Shown piece by piece: positions 47,953 to 57,560 of a stretch of DNA of 64,000 nucleotides. Made by a program: the position numbers and the translations under genes. The DNA lies in NCBI GenBank assembly GCA_021157895.1, contig JAGGVQ010000017.1:96395-160394 (forward strand). The letters are read 5' to 3'. The notes under the pieces were generated by a model. That model saw only the letters and a program-made list of their open reading frames with translations, was not told the DNA's origin and ran no database searches. Source of the DNA: Dehalococcoidia bacterium (GTDB lineage: Bacteria > Chloroflexota > Dehalococcoidia > GIF9 > AB-539-J10). Every line of letters begins with the position of its first letter. Position 1 is the stretch's first letter.

Positions 47953-47968
47953 GATTTACACCTCACAG

Positions 47969-48772
47969 CTAAAGTATTCTTGCCTCTCTTAATTTTTCTG
48001 CTAGGCCTGCTCCAGCTTCGGCAGGAGTATCAGCTTCAACTATTTCACATTTCACCTCGCTGCTGGGTTGGTAGAGCTTGTTGATTTTATTAACTCTTCC
48101 TTGGGACCCTATTTCTGAAGGATCAAGGCCTAAATCTGCTGCCTTCCATACAGTGGGCTGTCTTTTTGCTGCTGCCATAATTCCTTTCAGAGCAGCGTAG
48201 CGAAGAGCACCGGCCTCACTGGTGATAGTGAATAGCGCGGGAAGTTCTACGTCAACAATATTGTACCCATCAGGAGTAACTTCTTCTGCTCTTGCTTTTC
48301 CCTCTACGATGTCCACCTTTCTTACTACGCTAACAGCAGGAATTCCCAGCTGTGTCGCGAGGCTTAAGCCAACCTGCCCTACACCCCAATCTGATGATTG
48401 TCTGCCGCAGAAGATGAGGTCGTATTCTCCTATTTTCCGAATTGCTGCGGCTAAGGCATGTGATGTTGTATGGCTATCGCCTCCATCAAAGGCCTCATCC
48501 TCGAGGAGGATTAGTTCATCAGCGCCAACTGCCAGCGATTTTTTCACGACGTCGCGAGCAAGATTATTACCCAGACTAAGTGCAGTGATTTTACCTCCTA
48601 TGCTGTCTTTTATCTTTAAGGCAACCTCCAGAGCGAATTCTCCATATTCACCTATCACCGGTTTTATATCTGGTGATGTAATCACTTCCTTGCCTTCGAC
48701 TTTGAGTGCACTTGCTGGAGCTTCAGGGTCTGGCACCTGTTTGAAACACACGATCATATTGAGACCTGACAT
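47969..48772 (-). CDS. etfB: Electron transfer flavoprotein beta subunit
   Basis: 267 aa. IVCFKQVPD and DLIFCGRQSSD are typical of EtfB. AAGGAGG lies 8 nt upstream. Confidence 0.9.
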   Translation of the reverse strand: MSGLNMIVCFKQVPDPEAPASALKVEGKEVITSPDIKPVIGEYGEFALEVALKIKDSIGGKITALSLGNNLARDVVKKSLAVGADELILLEDEAFDGGDSHTTSHALAAAIRKIGEYDLIFCGRQSSDWGVGQVGLSLATQLGIPAVSVVRKVDIVEGKARAEEVTPDGYNIVDVELPALFTITSEAGALRYAALKGIMAAAKRQPTVWKAADLGLDPSEIGSQGRVNKINKLYQPSSEVKCEIVEADTPAEAGAGLAEKLREARIL

Positions 48773-48887
48773 ATTTTAGCCTCCTTAAAAAATATAACTT
48801 TCCAGCCGAAAAGGTTATAATAAAAGCCTCCTGTTGTCAACGGTATTGATTAAATTAAAGTTGAAACGAACTATACCCTTGTGCTTC

Positions 48888-50387
48888 TCAAGATTTCTCC
48901 ATTAGCGAATTCGATAAGACCTTCTGTGAATTAGCGAAGCGCTGGAGGCATCTTTTTTTGCCCAGTACCTCCATGGTTTGGAATAGAGGGGGTGAAGCAG
49001 TTCTCCCAGTGATAGCTGATCGGAGTAACCCGAAGAATTTTCTGGTGCTCAATCCTAGCTCAGGGGCTAGCGGACGGAGAGAGATTTCGAGGGAAGCAGC
49101 GTCCCATGTGGACAGTGATTGTAACGTTACTTGTACTATTCTTAGACTGTGCATGGCTACTGATGCTTCTATCTTGCTGCTCAAGAGTAATGTTGTGCTG
49201 TATGGCAGTTCTTCTAGAAAGAAAAAATCGGCAAGTTGAGAGACATCTACCAATGTTCGGGCGCGCTCTTGGATGAGGGGCATAACCTGACGAATGTAAT
49301 TATTATCTAATGGGCGTTTTACCGACGCTGGCAAATCTCTGTTTAGGAAGGGAAGAGCTTGCTGAGTAAATTCCTCGAGGCTCAGCTGGCGAATGTAAAC
49401 TCCATTCATCCAGGTTAGCTTTTCCTTGTTGAATATTGCTCCAGCCTTGCCTACCCTTTCCAGGGAAAAGTTTTTTACTAATTCCTCTTGGCTGAAAAAT
49501 TCCGTTTTATCGTCTAGAGACCAACCCAATAACGCCAGATAATTTATCATTGCCTGTGGCAAATAGCCTTGCTCTTTATACTCAGTTATAGCGGTAGTGC
49601 CATGTCTTTTGGAGAGCTTGGATTTATCAGGTCCCAGTATCATGGGCAGGTGGGCGAATTGTGGGGGTTGCCAACCAAGAGATTGATACAGTAACATGTG
49701 TTTTGGGGTACTGGATAGCCACTCATCAGCTCTAAGCACATGGGAAATGTTCATGGAGTGGTCGTCCACCACGTTAGCCAGGTGGTAAGTGGGATAGCCA
49801 TCGGATTTAAGCAGGATGAAGTCATCCAAAGTACCGTTCTGAAAAGATATCTGCCCTCGTATTAAATCGCAGAAAGAAGTTTCGCCTTCAAGTGGTGTTT
49901 TAAATCTGACGACAGAGTTGATGCCACTGGCCTCTAATTTAGATCTCTCCTGGTCTGATAAGTATCGACAATGGTGGTCGTATCGTGGTGGCTGCTTTTG
50001 TCTCATTTGCTCCTGCCGCACTTTTTCTAGCCGTTGTCGCGAGCAGTAGCAGCGATAGGCATGGCCTTCTTGGAGTAATCTTTGAATTACTTCATGGTAA
50101 AGATGTAATCTCTGGGACTGGAAATAGGGTTTTCCATCCCAATTCAATCCTAACCAGATTAGACTATCTAGTATTGTTTGTGTTGCTCCCTCAACCTTAC
50201 GGGCGGTATCGGTGTCTTCGATACGCAGGATAAATCTGCCTCCATAATGCCGGGCAAAGAGCCAGTTGAATAGTGCTGTTCTGATATTACCTATATGTGG
50301 ATAACCAGTGGGGCTGGGTGCAAAGCGTACTTTGATTGGGATATCCGATTCTTGTTTGCCGCTCTGCATAGTCGTGTATTTAGCCAA
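48888..50387 (-). CDS. gltX: Glutamyl-tRNA synthetase
   Basis: 499 aa with RFAPSPTGYPHIGNIRTA (HIGH) and KLSKRHG (KMSKS). Confidence 0.93.
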   Translation of the reverse strand: MAKYTTMQSGKQESDIPIKVRFAPSPTGYPHIGNIRTALFNWLFARHYGGRFILRIEDTDTARKVEGATQTILDSLIWLGLNWDGKPYFQSQRLHLYHEVIQRLLQEGHAYRCYCSRQRLEKVRQEQMRQKQPPRYDHHCRYLSDQERSKLEASGINSVVRFKTPLEGETSFCDLIRGQISFQNGTLDDFILLKSDGYPTYHLANVVDDHSMNISHVLRADEWLSSTPKHMLLYQSLGWQPPQFAHLPMILGPDKSKLSKRHGTTAITEYKEQGYLPQAMINYLALLGWSLDDKTEFFSQEELVKNFSLERVGKAGAIFNKEKLTWMNGVYIRQLSLEEFTQQALPFLNRDLPASVKRPLDNNYIRQVMPLIQERARTLVDVSQLADFFFLEELPYSTTLLLSSKIEASVAMHSLRIVQVTLQSLSTWDAASLEISLRPLAPELGLSTRKFFGLLRSAITGRTASPPLFQTMEVLGKKRCLQRFANSQKVLSNSLMEKS

Positions 50388-50410
50388 GGTAGGATTGCAA
50401 ATAGAGAGAG

Positions 50411-50677
50411 TTAGCGTTGCTTGGCTAGAGCTTTCTGTAAGTCTTTTAGCTGTGCCAAGTGTTTTTCGATCTTTTGAACTAGTTGCTTGGCTTGTTTTAG
50501 GGCATTTCCGGCATCCTCTATTTCAGTTGTTAGCCGGAATAATAATGCACTCTTGCGCTCAGATAACTGGCCTTCAAAATCAGCTAAATCTGCTGCCCCT
50601 GTGGTGTCCATTAGTTGAGAAAGAAGGCTATCTTCCCTTTGCGCTTGTTCCTTCATTATTTGTGAGAACGGGTCCAA
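50411..50677 (-). CDS. Hypothetical 88-aa coiled-coil protein
   Basis: The ORF lies between rluD and gltX on the same strand. It has heptad-like Q/K/L/E-rich sequence. The start codon is TTG with only a weak SD, and a 171-aa antisense ORF also spans this locus, so coding status is uncertain. Confidence 0.35.
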   Translation of the reverse strand: MDPFSQIMKEQAQREDSLLSQLMDTTGAADLADFEGQLSERKSALLFRLTTEIEDAGNALKQAKQLVQKIEKHLAQLKDLQKALAKQR

Positions 50678-50761
50678 TTTTCTTTGTACCTGCCTTTACT
50701 TTATGTTGGAATATAACATATTGTCGGATAGGTGAACAAGGAGTTTCATGGTGTATTGTTT

Positions 50762-51682
50762 TTATGTCTCACGAGAGATACGTTCTAGGGCTTCCTGTAA
50801 CTCCGATGGTAGGTTACAGCTGAATTCCTTATATTTGTGGGTTGTTGGCAGGCGTATGCCAAGATGATAGGCATGTAAGAATTGTCTGTTTACATGAACT
50901 GATTTTGTTCCGTAGGTATCATCTCCTACTATAGGATAGCCAATGGACGAGAGATGTATCCTGATTTGGTGTGTTCGACCAGTCAGGAGGGTAACTTTAA
51001 GTAAACTGTAGTTATCGAAGTATTTAGTAACTTGGTAGTGCGTCTCAGCCTTCCTTCCTGTCGCGACTATCGCCATTTGTTTGCGATTGCGAGGATTTCT
51101 TCCAATCGGGGCCTCAATTATGCCCTTGCATGGTGATAATCTTCCTTTTACCATGGCGATGTATTTCTTAGTTACAACATGGGATCGGAATTGATTGATG
51201 AGATATGATTTGGCAGCACTGTTCTTGGCAATGATAACGATGCCTGAGGTATCTTTATCCAGTCGATGTACAATGCCTGGGCGCAAATCATCACTGGTTT
51301 TGTCCAGGCCAGGGCAGTGGGCTAGAATAGCGTTCACAATTGTATGGTCAGGATGTCCTGCTGCAGGATACATGGTTATTCCTGCTGGCTTATTTATCAC
51401 TAAGACATCTGAATCTTGGTAAACTATGGTTAATGGTATAGATTCAGGGAGAAGGGTAGCAGGCTGGGGGGGAGGAAGTGTGATTGTTATTCTATCTCCC
51501 TCTCTTAGTTTTTGGTTTGCCTTTGCTTGGTGTTGATTGACTAAAACGTATCCTTGTTTTATCAATCTCTGAATATAACAGCGTGAGTACTGGGGGGTAG
51601 AACGAGCTACATATTGGTCGAGTCGTATAAGAGTGCTAGATGATGTATATTGCAATATTCTAGTATGAGCTATTTTCTCCAT
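50762..51682 (-). CDS. rluD: 23S rRNA pseudouridine synthase, RluD/RluA family
   Basis: 306 aa with an N-terminal S4 domain and the catalytic motif HRLDKDTSG. It overlaps the lspA end by 23 nt. lspA-rluD linkage is conserved. Confidence 0.88.
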   Translation of the reverse strand: MEKIAHTRILQYTSSSTLIRLDQYVARSTPQYSRCYIQRLIKQGYVLVNQHQAKANQKLREGDRITITLPPPQPATLLPESIPLTIVYQDSDVLVINKPAGITMYPAAGHPDHTIVNAILAHCPGLDKTSDDLRPGIVHRLDKDTSGIVIIAKNSAAKSYLINQFRSHVVTKKYIAMVKGRLSPCKGIIEAPIGRNPRNRKQMAIVATGRKAETHYQVTKYFDNYSLLKVTLLTGRTHQIRIHLSSIGYPIVGDDTYGTKSVHVNRQFLHAYHLGIRLPTTHKYKEFSCNLPSELQEALERISRET

Positions 51683-52184
51683 TAGCGTGTGTTTTGTTTA
51701 ACAGTCTTGATCTGTATATAGCATAGAATAATAAGAGGATCGTTCCTACTACTATTGCTGTATCCGCAATGTTGAATGTGTACCAATGTAAGCTGCCCCA
51801 CAAGCGGATATCGATGAAATCCACTACGTACCCTAGACATATCCTGTCGATTAAATTTCCTGTGGCGCCGCTGAGTATTAATCCCAAGGATATGCTTGTA
51901 GCAAGTGTTGGAGGCAAATATCGCAATGATAATAGGATTATGACTATAGCAATGATAGTAATGCTGATGAGAGGAATATTTTGATGTGCAAAGAGGCCAA
52001 ACGCAGAGCCAGTATTCTGTATGTAAGTTATGCGGAGAATCCCGTCTTGGGGCAAAGACTCTCCCGGGATGAAGTTATTTCTTATCCACAGTTTGGATAA
52101 CTGGTCGAAGGAAGTCGCTCCAGCAAGTGTGCCTGCAAGCGGCCCTATTAGTTTGCTATATCGCCCCTTTTGTATTCTGTTCAC
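51660..52184 (-). CDS. lspA: Lipoprotein signal peptidase (signal peptidase II)
   Basis: 174 aa with 4 TM segments. FDQLSK, NTGSAFG and FNIAD are LspA motifs. It uses a GTG start. Confidence 0.88.
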   Translation of the reverse strand: MNRIQKGRYSKLIGPLAGTLAGATSFDQLSKLWIRNNFIPGESLPQDGILRITYIQNTGSAFGLFAHQNIPLISITIIAIVIILLSLRYLPPTLATSISLGLILSGATGNLIDRICLGYVVDFIDIRLWGSLHWYTFNIADTAIVVGTILLLFYAIYRSRLLNKTHANGENSSY

Positions 52185-52381
52185 GGGGTTTTATGCATGC
52201 AGCTATTTACAGTTTTTCGAGGAGAGTTGGCTGTTTTGTTTTCTGTTTCTATGCTTGCCTGATCTTGGGACAGAACAGGACAAAAATATTTCCTTACTAT
52301 CATTAGTATAAGTTGTTACTTATTTCAAGGTTATTCCCAAGGCTCTTGCTTACAAGCCCTGCTCGGAGTATGTCATTTGTA

Positions 52382-53974
52382 TTATCTGAATACATTTCTT
52401 ACGTTGGAGTTAAGGGAATCACCAACCTTCTCAATAGCTTCATGCCTTATCTGGCTGAGTTTTTTTTGTTTCTCTGCAAACTCAGTTTTGGAGTACAGCC
52501 TCTCTGGGTGTGAGTAGATATCATCTACGTAGCGTATTGCTCGTGGCACTTTAAAACCTGTAGGCGAGTTTACCCAATCTTCGAGTCCTCCTCTTAGCAA
52601 AGAGTCCAGTATGGCCAAAGTATCTTCTAATTTTATATCGTGGTAATGTTCTCCTTCTCCTATGCCACCGGTATTTATTAAGAAGCAATTGATGTTGTAG
52701 GGTAAGTTTTTCAGTATTGTATAGAATTTATTGGCGTGCTCGGCTTTTCCTCCAGCCATAAAGGGATCGTAGAAGAATTCTCTTCTTATTTTGCCTGCCT
52801 GAGTTGGATCACCTGCGGAGGATTCCATTGATTGTCCTATGACCATAAGGGCTGTTGCTTGCTCCGGTGTTAATTTGGAGATTGCGGGGATTGATGAGCC
52901 CCGGGTAATGAGAACCATGTTGTCTATCTTATCGACGTCAATATTTGAACTGGCATGCAGAAAATCCTTCCTTAATATAACTGCCCTACCGTTTGAAGTT
53001 CTGTCGAAGTTGTAGAAATCGAGTTCTCCCTGTTCAGTCACAGCGACGTTTTCGCATAGGGTTTCTGCTTTCAGTAATCCATAGAATATCTCCATCTGAT
53101 TTCCTGGATTTACGCTTTCTGTTTTGACGAATATACCGCCGCCTTCAAACCCATGGAAGGAACCATCAGGCATTAAGGTGCCACCGTCATCTTGGATGAG
53201 CCATGATTGCTCGTTTCCTTTTCTGGCCAATATTTTGGAAGTAGTGCTTGTTTTACCATTTGCAGTTAGAGCAATAAGCAATGATTTAGACCAGCGGTAA
53301 TCCCCATGGACAGATTGAAGATAATCTTCTCGACACCCAGCATGAAGGAAGATTCCTCCTCTATAGGTTTTACTGGTCCAATCTTCTGCAGCAAAGATTC
53401 CTTTTTTATATTCCCCAATGTAATTGCTATTTCTAATAATTTTGATTACCCTGCCATCATCCAACATAGCCAGTCGTATTGTGATGTCTTTGTAGGGCAG
53501 AGCCTTAGATTTATTGGACTCAAAGGCCTCATCGAAGAACATTAGAATTTCATATGTTGGTTGTTCAACCTCTTGCTTGAGTGGCAGATATAGATTTCTC
53601 CCGCCATAAGCTACATGGGCAAATCTTTCTGGGATAACAAACCTAGCGGTGACCTTGCTGGATTTATTACCTACTGTAGTGTCGACTGAAATCAATCTCT
53701 CTTTAGCCAGAGCCTGCTCACATTGTTTGAGTAGCTCATGCTCTTCTTCGCCAAAGACATGGTCGACACTATTCCTGGTGAATATTGCTGCCCTGGAAGT
53801 AGGTTCGCTGTCAGCCACAAAGTTTCCATATCTTGTTTTCCGTATGCCCGGTTCTTTTTCTACAAGCGCTCGTAGCTCTTCATTGGAGGGGTTGCTCACC
53901 AAGCGATGCTCCTCCAGTGCCCTTTTTCTAATCCTAGATGTTGTTTGGGCAAATTGCTCTAATATTGTTGACAT
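52382..53974 (-). CDS. PEPCK(ATP)-family protein, divergent (degenerate P-loop)
   Basis: 530 aa. NYIGEYKKGIF, FHGFEGGGIFVK and LINTGGIGEG resemble ATP-dependent PEP carboxykinase. The kinase-1a region reads ALTANGKTST and the GDDEHGW-equivalent reads IQDDGGT. The ORF starts 9 nt after the dnaK stop, with AGGAG in the spacer. Confidence 0.65.
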   Translation of the reverse strand: MSTILEQFAQTTSRIRKRALEEHRLVSNPSNEELRALVEKEPGIRKTRYGNFVADSEPTSRAAIFTRNSVDHVFGEEEHELLKQCEQALAKERLISVDTTVGNKSSKVTARFVIPERFAHVAYGGRNLYLPLKQEVEQPTYEILMFFDEAFESNKSKALPYKDITIRLAMLDDGRVIKIIRNSNYIGEYKKGIFAAEDWTSKTYRGGIFLHAGCREDYLQSVHGDYRWSKSLLIALTANGKTSTTSKILARKGNEQSWLIQDDGGTLMPDGSFHGFEGGGIFVKTESVNPGNQMEIFYGLLKAETLCENVAVTEQGELDFYNFDRTSNGRAVILRKDFLHASSNIDVDKIDNMVLITRGSSIPAISKLTPEQATALMVIGQSMESSAGDPTQAGKIRREFFYDPFMAGGKAEHANKFYTILKNLPYNINCFLINTGGIGEGEHYHDIKLEDTLAILDSLLRGGLEDWVNSPTGFKVPRAIRYVDDIYSHPERLYSKTEFAEKQKKLSQIRHEAIEKVGDSLNSNVRNVFR

Positions 53975-53983
53975 CGCTCTCCT

Positions 53984-55876
53984 TTATACTTCCCTAAAAT
54001 CACCTTCCACAGTGCCTTCATCGTTACCAGTCTGCTTGTCATTCGTATTTTCTCCAGCAGGAGGAGTTTGTTTTGACTGCCCGTATATTGCAGATCCCAC
54101 CTCCTGCATCGTTTGAGATAGATCCTGCATGGCTTCCTTGATGCGGGGCACCTCTTTACCTTGAAGAGCCGTCTTCACTGTTGATATATTAGTTTCTATT
54201 CGTTGTTTAACATCAGCCGGTATTTTATCTGTATGCTCCCGCAGGGTTTTCTCTGCTGTGTATACTAGGCTGTCAGCGGAATTGCGTATTTCAATTTCTT
54301 CCTTACGCTTGCTATCTTCAGCAGCATGAGCTTCTGCATCATGCTGTAGTTTCTCTATCTCTTCTTTACTTAATCCGCTGGAAGCGGTAATGGTTATTTT
54401 CTGTTCTTTACCGGTTCCTTTATCTCTGGCGCTCACATTAATAATACCGTTAGCATCGATATCAAAGGTTACTTCGATTTGGGGCACACCGCGGGGGGCG
54501 GGCAGAATTCCATCCAGCATAAACCGGCCTAGCGTACGATTATCTGTTGCCATGGGGCGTTCTCCCTGAAGCACATGAATTTCTACGCTGGATTGGTTAT
54601 CGCTAGCCGTGCTGAAGATCTGGCTCTTGGAAGTAGGGATGGTGGTATTACGAGGAATCAGAGGGGTTGAGACTCCTCCTAGTGTTTCTATCCCCAGGGT
54701 CAGCGGAGTCACATCAAGCAATAGAATATCACCTACCTCACCTTTAAGCACTCCTCCTTGAATTGCAGCGCCTAGAGCTACAGCCTCATCAGGGTTTACC
54801 CCTCTTGCTGGTTCCTTGCCGAAGAACTGTCTTAGGGTTTCTTGAATTTTGGGCATCCTCGTTTGGCCACCAACCAGAACTACATCACTAATTTGGTTGG
54901 GGGATAATCCTGCATCGGTTAGTGCTTGACGACAGGGGCCAAGGCTTCTTTCTATTAGGTCTGCTGAAAGCTGTTCCAATTTAGCACGGGTGAGCGTTAA
55001 GCTAAGGTGTTTGGGCCCTGAGGCATCAGCAGTAATAAAGGGCAGACTGATCTCTGTTTGATTCACTGTGGAGAGTTCTTTCTTCGCTTTCTCTGCGGCA
55101 TCCCTCAGACGCTGTAAAGCCATCCTGTCCTGTCTCAGGTCAATGCCAGCTTCTTTTTTGAATTCATCGCATATCCAGTCCATGACTACCTGGTCAATGT
55201 CATCACCGCCAAGATGGGTATCACCGTTTGTTGACTTAACCTGGAAGGTTCCTTCACCAAGGTCCAGAATAGAAATATCGAAGGTGCCACCTCCAAAATC
55301 GTACACTGCGATGGTTTCATCTTTTTTCTTGTCCAGTCCATAGGCTAGAGATGATGCTGTAGGTTCATTGATAATGCGTAAAACATTAAGCCCTGCAATG
55401 ACACCAGCGTCTTTAGTCGCTTGGCGTTGGCTGTCATTGAAATAAGCGGGGACTGTTATTACTGCATCAGTTACTTTCTCCCCCAAATAGGACTCAGCGT
55501 CAGTTTTTAGTTTTTGCAGGATCATAGCTGATATTTCTTGGGGGCTGTATTCCTTGTCTCCCATTAGCACCCGACAATCTCCATTGGGAGCCTCAGTAAT
55601 TTTGTAGGGGAGCCGTTTGATGTCGAATTGAACTGACTCTGATTTGAATTTCCGCCCGATAAGGCGCTTGATGCTAAAAATGGTGTTCTCGGGGTTTACC
55701 ACGGCTTGGCGCTTGGCAATCTCTCCTACCAGGCGTTCACCTGATTTACTTATTGCGACTACTGAAGGAGTTAGATTGCCTCCTTCGGCGCTGGGGATAA
55801 TTTTTGGTTCTCCTCCTTCTATTACTGTGACCACACTGAGGGTGGTTCCTAAATCTATTCCTATTACTTTACCCAT
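53984..55876 (-). CDS. dnaK: Chaperone DnaK (Hsp70)
   Basis: 630 aa. [15 protein letters not shown] and [10 protein letters not shown] are Hsp70 signatures. Confidence 0.97.
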   Translation of the reverse strand: MGKVIGIDLGTTLSVVTVIEGGEPKIIPSAEGGNLTPSVVAISKSGERLVGEIAKRQAVVNPENTIFSIKRLIGRKFKSESVQFDIKRLPYKITEAPNGDCRVLMGDKEYSPQEISAMILQKLKTDAESYLGEKVTDAVITVPAYFNDSQRQATKDAGVIAGLNVLRIINEPTASSLAYGLDKKKDETIAVYDFGGGTFDISILDLGEGTFQVKSTNGDTHLGGDDIDQVVMDWICDEFKKEAGIDLRQDRMALQRLRDAAEKAKKELSTVNQTEISLPFITADASGPKHLSLTLTRAKLEQLSADLIERSLGPCRQALTDAGLSPNQISDVVLVGGQTRMPKIQETLRQFFGKEPARGVNPDEAVALGAAIQGGVLKGEVGDILLLDVTPLTLGIETLGGVSTPLIPRNTTIPTSKSQIFSTASDNQSSVEIHVLQGERPMATDNRTLGRFMLDGILPAPRGVPQIEVTFDIDANGIINVSARDKGTGKEQKITITASSGLSKEEIEKLQHDAEAHAAEDSKRKEEIEIRNSADSLVYTAEKTLREHTDKIPADVKQRIETNISTVKTALQGKEVPRIKEAMQDLSQTMQEVGSAIYGQSKQTPPAGENTNDKQTGNDEGTVEGDFREV

Positions 55877-55878
55877 AT

Positions 55879-56439
55879 TTACTCCTCCTTTTGAGTTTCC
55901 TCTCCTGTTTCTTTTGTTTTTTCCTCCCCAACTATCACCATGCTGGGACGAAGTACTCTATTTTTGAATTTGTAGCCTTTCTGTATTTCTTTGAGTACGA
56001 TGCCTTCTTGCCCATTTTGACGCATGACTGCATTATGGAAGTGGGGATCGAAAGGGGTACCCACGGCATTTATCTCGCTTAATCCCTGTTTTTGCAAACT
56101 GTCCTTAAAATTAGTGAATATCAACTTAATGCCTTCAACCCAGTTCAAATTCTCCAGTTCAGGGGATAAAGAAGCTAGAGCTTTTTCCATATCATCTACA
56201 ATTGGAAGCAATGTTGCTATAAAGACACTGTTAGCAAAATCAACTATCCCCTCCTTTTCTTCCGCAGCGCGTTTTTTGTAATTAGCGAAGTCTGCCTGAG
56301 ATCTTTGCCAGTTGGCCAGATAACTTTTTGCTTTCTCTTTTTCCTTGTCCAGTTCCCTTCTCAAATTATCTATATCGTCCAGTTGTAAAGTGCTATCATA
56401 TTTTATTTCATTGTTACTCTGCTTTTTCTTTCCGGTCAA
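55879..56439 (-). CDS. grpE: Nucleotide exchange factor GrpE
   Basis: 186 aa with an N-terminal coiled coil and a C-terminal beta domain (FDPHFHNAV...[14 protein letters not shown]). It lies between hrcA and dnaK. Confidence 0.92.
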   Translation of the reverse strand: MTGKKKQSNNEIKYDSTLQLDDIDNLRRELDKEKEKAKSYLANWQRSQADFANYKKRAAEEKEGIVDFANSVFIATLLPIVDDMEKALASLSPELENLNWVEGIKLIFTNFKDSLQKQGLSEINAVGTPFDPHFHNAVMRQNGQEGIVLKEIQKGYKFKNRVLRPSMVIVGEEKTKETGEETQKEE

Positions 56440-56451
56440 GTTTATGCTCCT

Positions 56452-57468
56452 TTAGATATATTTAGTTATTGATTTGCTCAGTACGGATGAGAGGTAGTTG
56501 ACCGATGGTATTGTTTTGCCGTAATCCATTCGCTTTGGCCCAAGTACTCCAATTATTCCTGTAGCACTGCCAGGAATTCCATATTGCCGAATTACCAGAC
56601 TTAAATCTTGCAAAGCCTCCTCTGTATTTTTCTGTCCGATAATTATCTCTATTCCCCCACTATTGAGGTTTGGGCAGGATATAGATTGGAGCCAGTCTTC
56701 CCTATCTATTAGTTCAAGTACTCTCACTATTGCGGAGTTGTTGGAAAATTCAGGCTGGCTTAACATTTGGCATAGCCCTTCTATGTAGAGTCTGCCATAT
56801 TTGGCTTTGTTTTCACTATCCAGAATGTCGATTACAGATTTAGTGACCTCTTTTTCTAATAAGGAGTTCTCAAGCTCTTCAGTTGTTATCTCGATGCTAG
56901 TTTTGCCTATGCAGGCTGCATTTATCCTGTTAGCTATTCTTGTTAGATCCTCTTGGCTAACCCTCCTATGGAATGAGATAACTCGTTTTTTTATATTGGC
57001 TTCATACAATACAAGAACTATCAGGGCGGCAAAATCATGCAGTGATATCAGGTCCAGGTGTTTTAGCCGGCACTGAGCCATTTTGGGTAGAGTCACCACT
57101 GCCAAGTTGTGCACAAATCGAGATAGTATAGTAGCTGCCAGTTTTAACCATTGCCCTATTTCTCCTTTAGTGCTGCGGAGCAGTTGATAGAGCAGAAGTT
57201 GTTCTGCCAAGGAAAGCTGAGATTTTTCGGCTACTAGTCTTGCATAGTGTCGGTATGCTTTATCTGTGGGAATACTCCCGGCTGAATGATGGGGATGCAT
57301 TATATATCCTTCTACCTCAAGAGAGGCAACTTCATTACGTATTGTAGCCGGGCTTATCTTTAAGCCGTAGCTGTCAGCAATAGTTTTTGATGCTACAGGT
57401 ACAGCGTCAAAGATATAGCGATCAATAATTATCTTTAAGATAACTTTCTGTCTAGGCGCTAGTGACAT
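56452..57468 (-). CDS. hrcA: Heat-inducible transcription repressor HrcA
   Basis: About 338 aa starting at the ATG at 57468 (MSLAPRQKVILKIIIDRYIFDAVPVASKTIA, a wHTH). It is the first gene of hrcA-grpE-dnaK, with CIRCE immediately upstream. The track start, GTG 57474, lies inside CIRCE. Confidence 0.9.
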   Translation of the reverse strand: MSLAPRQKVILKIIIDRYIFDAVPVASKTIADSYGLKISPATIRNEVASLEVEGYIMHPHHSAGSIPTDKAYRHYARLVAEKSQLSLAEQLLLYQLLRSTKGEIGQWLKLAATILSRFVHNLAVVTLPKMAQCRLKHLDLISLHDFAALIVLVLYEANIKKRVISFHRRVSQEDLTRIANRINAACIGKTSIEITTEELENSLLEKEVTKSVIDILDSENKAKYGRLYIEGLCQMLSQPEFSNNSAIVRVLELIDREDWLQSISCPNLNSGGIEIIIGQKNTEEALQDLSLVIRQYGIPGSATGIIGVLGPKRMDYGKTIPSVNYLSSVLSKSITKYI

Positions 57469-57494
57469 TAGCACTCTTCTCTCCAGTCTGCTAA
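57468..57494 (-). promoter_or_regulatory. CIRCE operator (HrcA binding site)
   Basis: The plus strand reads TTAGCACTC-TTCTCTCCA-GTCTGCTAA, against the consensus TTAGCACTC-N9-GAGTGCTAA. One arm is perfect and the other has 2 mismatches. The N9 contains the GGAGAG SD on the coding strand. The last base of the element is the A of the hrcA ATG. Confidence 0.8.
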
Positions 57495-57522
57495 TCTATC
57501 ATTGGCGGCTTGTTGATGTCAA
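57493..57522 (-). promoter_or_regulatory. Sigma70-like promoter of hrcA-grpE-dnaK (TTGACA-N18-TAGATT)
   Basis: On the minus strand a perfect TTGACA lies at 57522..57517 and TAGATT at 57498..57493. The -10 overlaps the first 2 nt of CIRCE. Confidence 0.5.
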
Positions 57523-57560
57523 TTATTGCTTGGGAAAAAGGCTTATGCTATCATGCCAAA

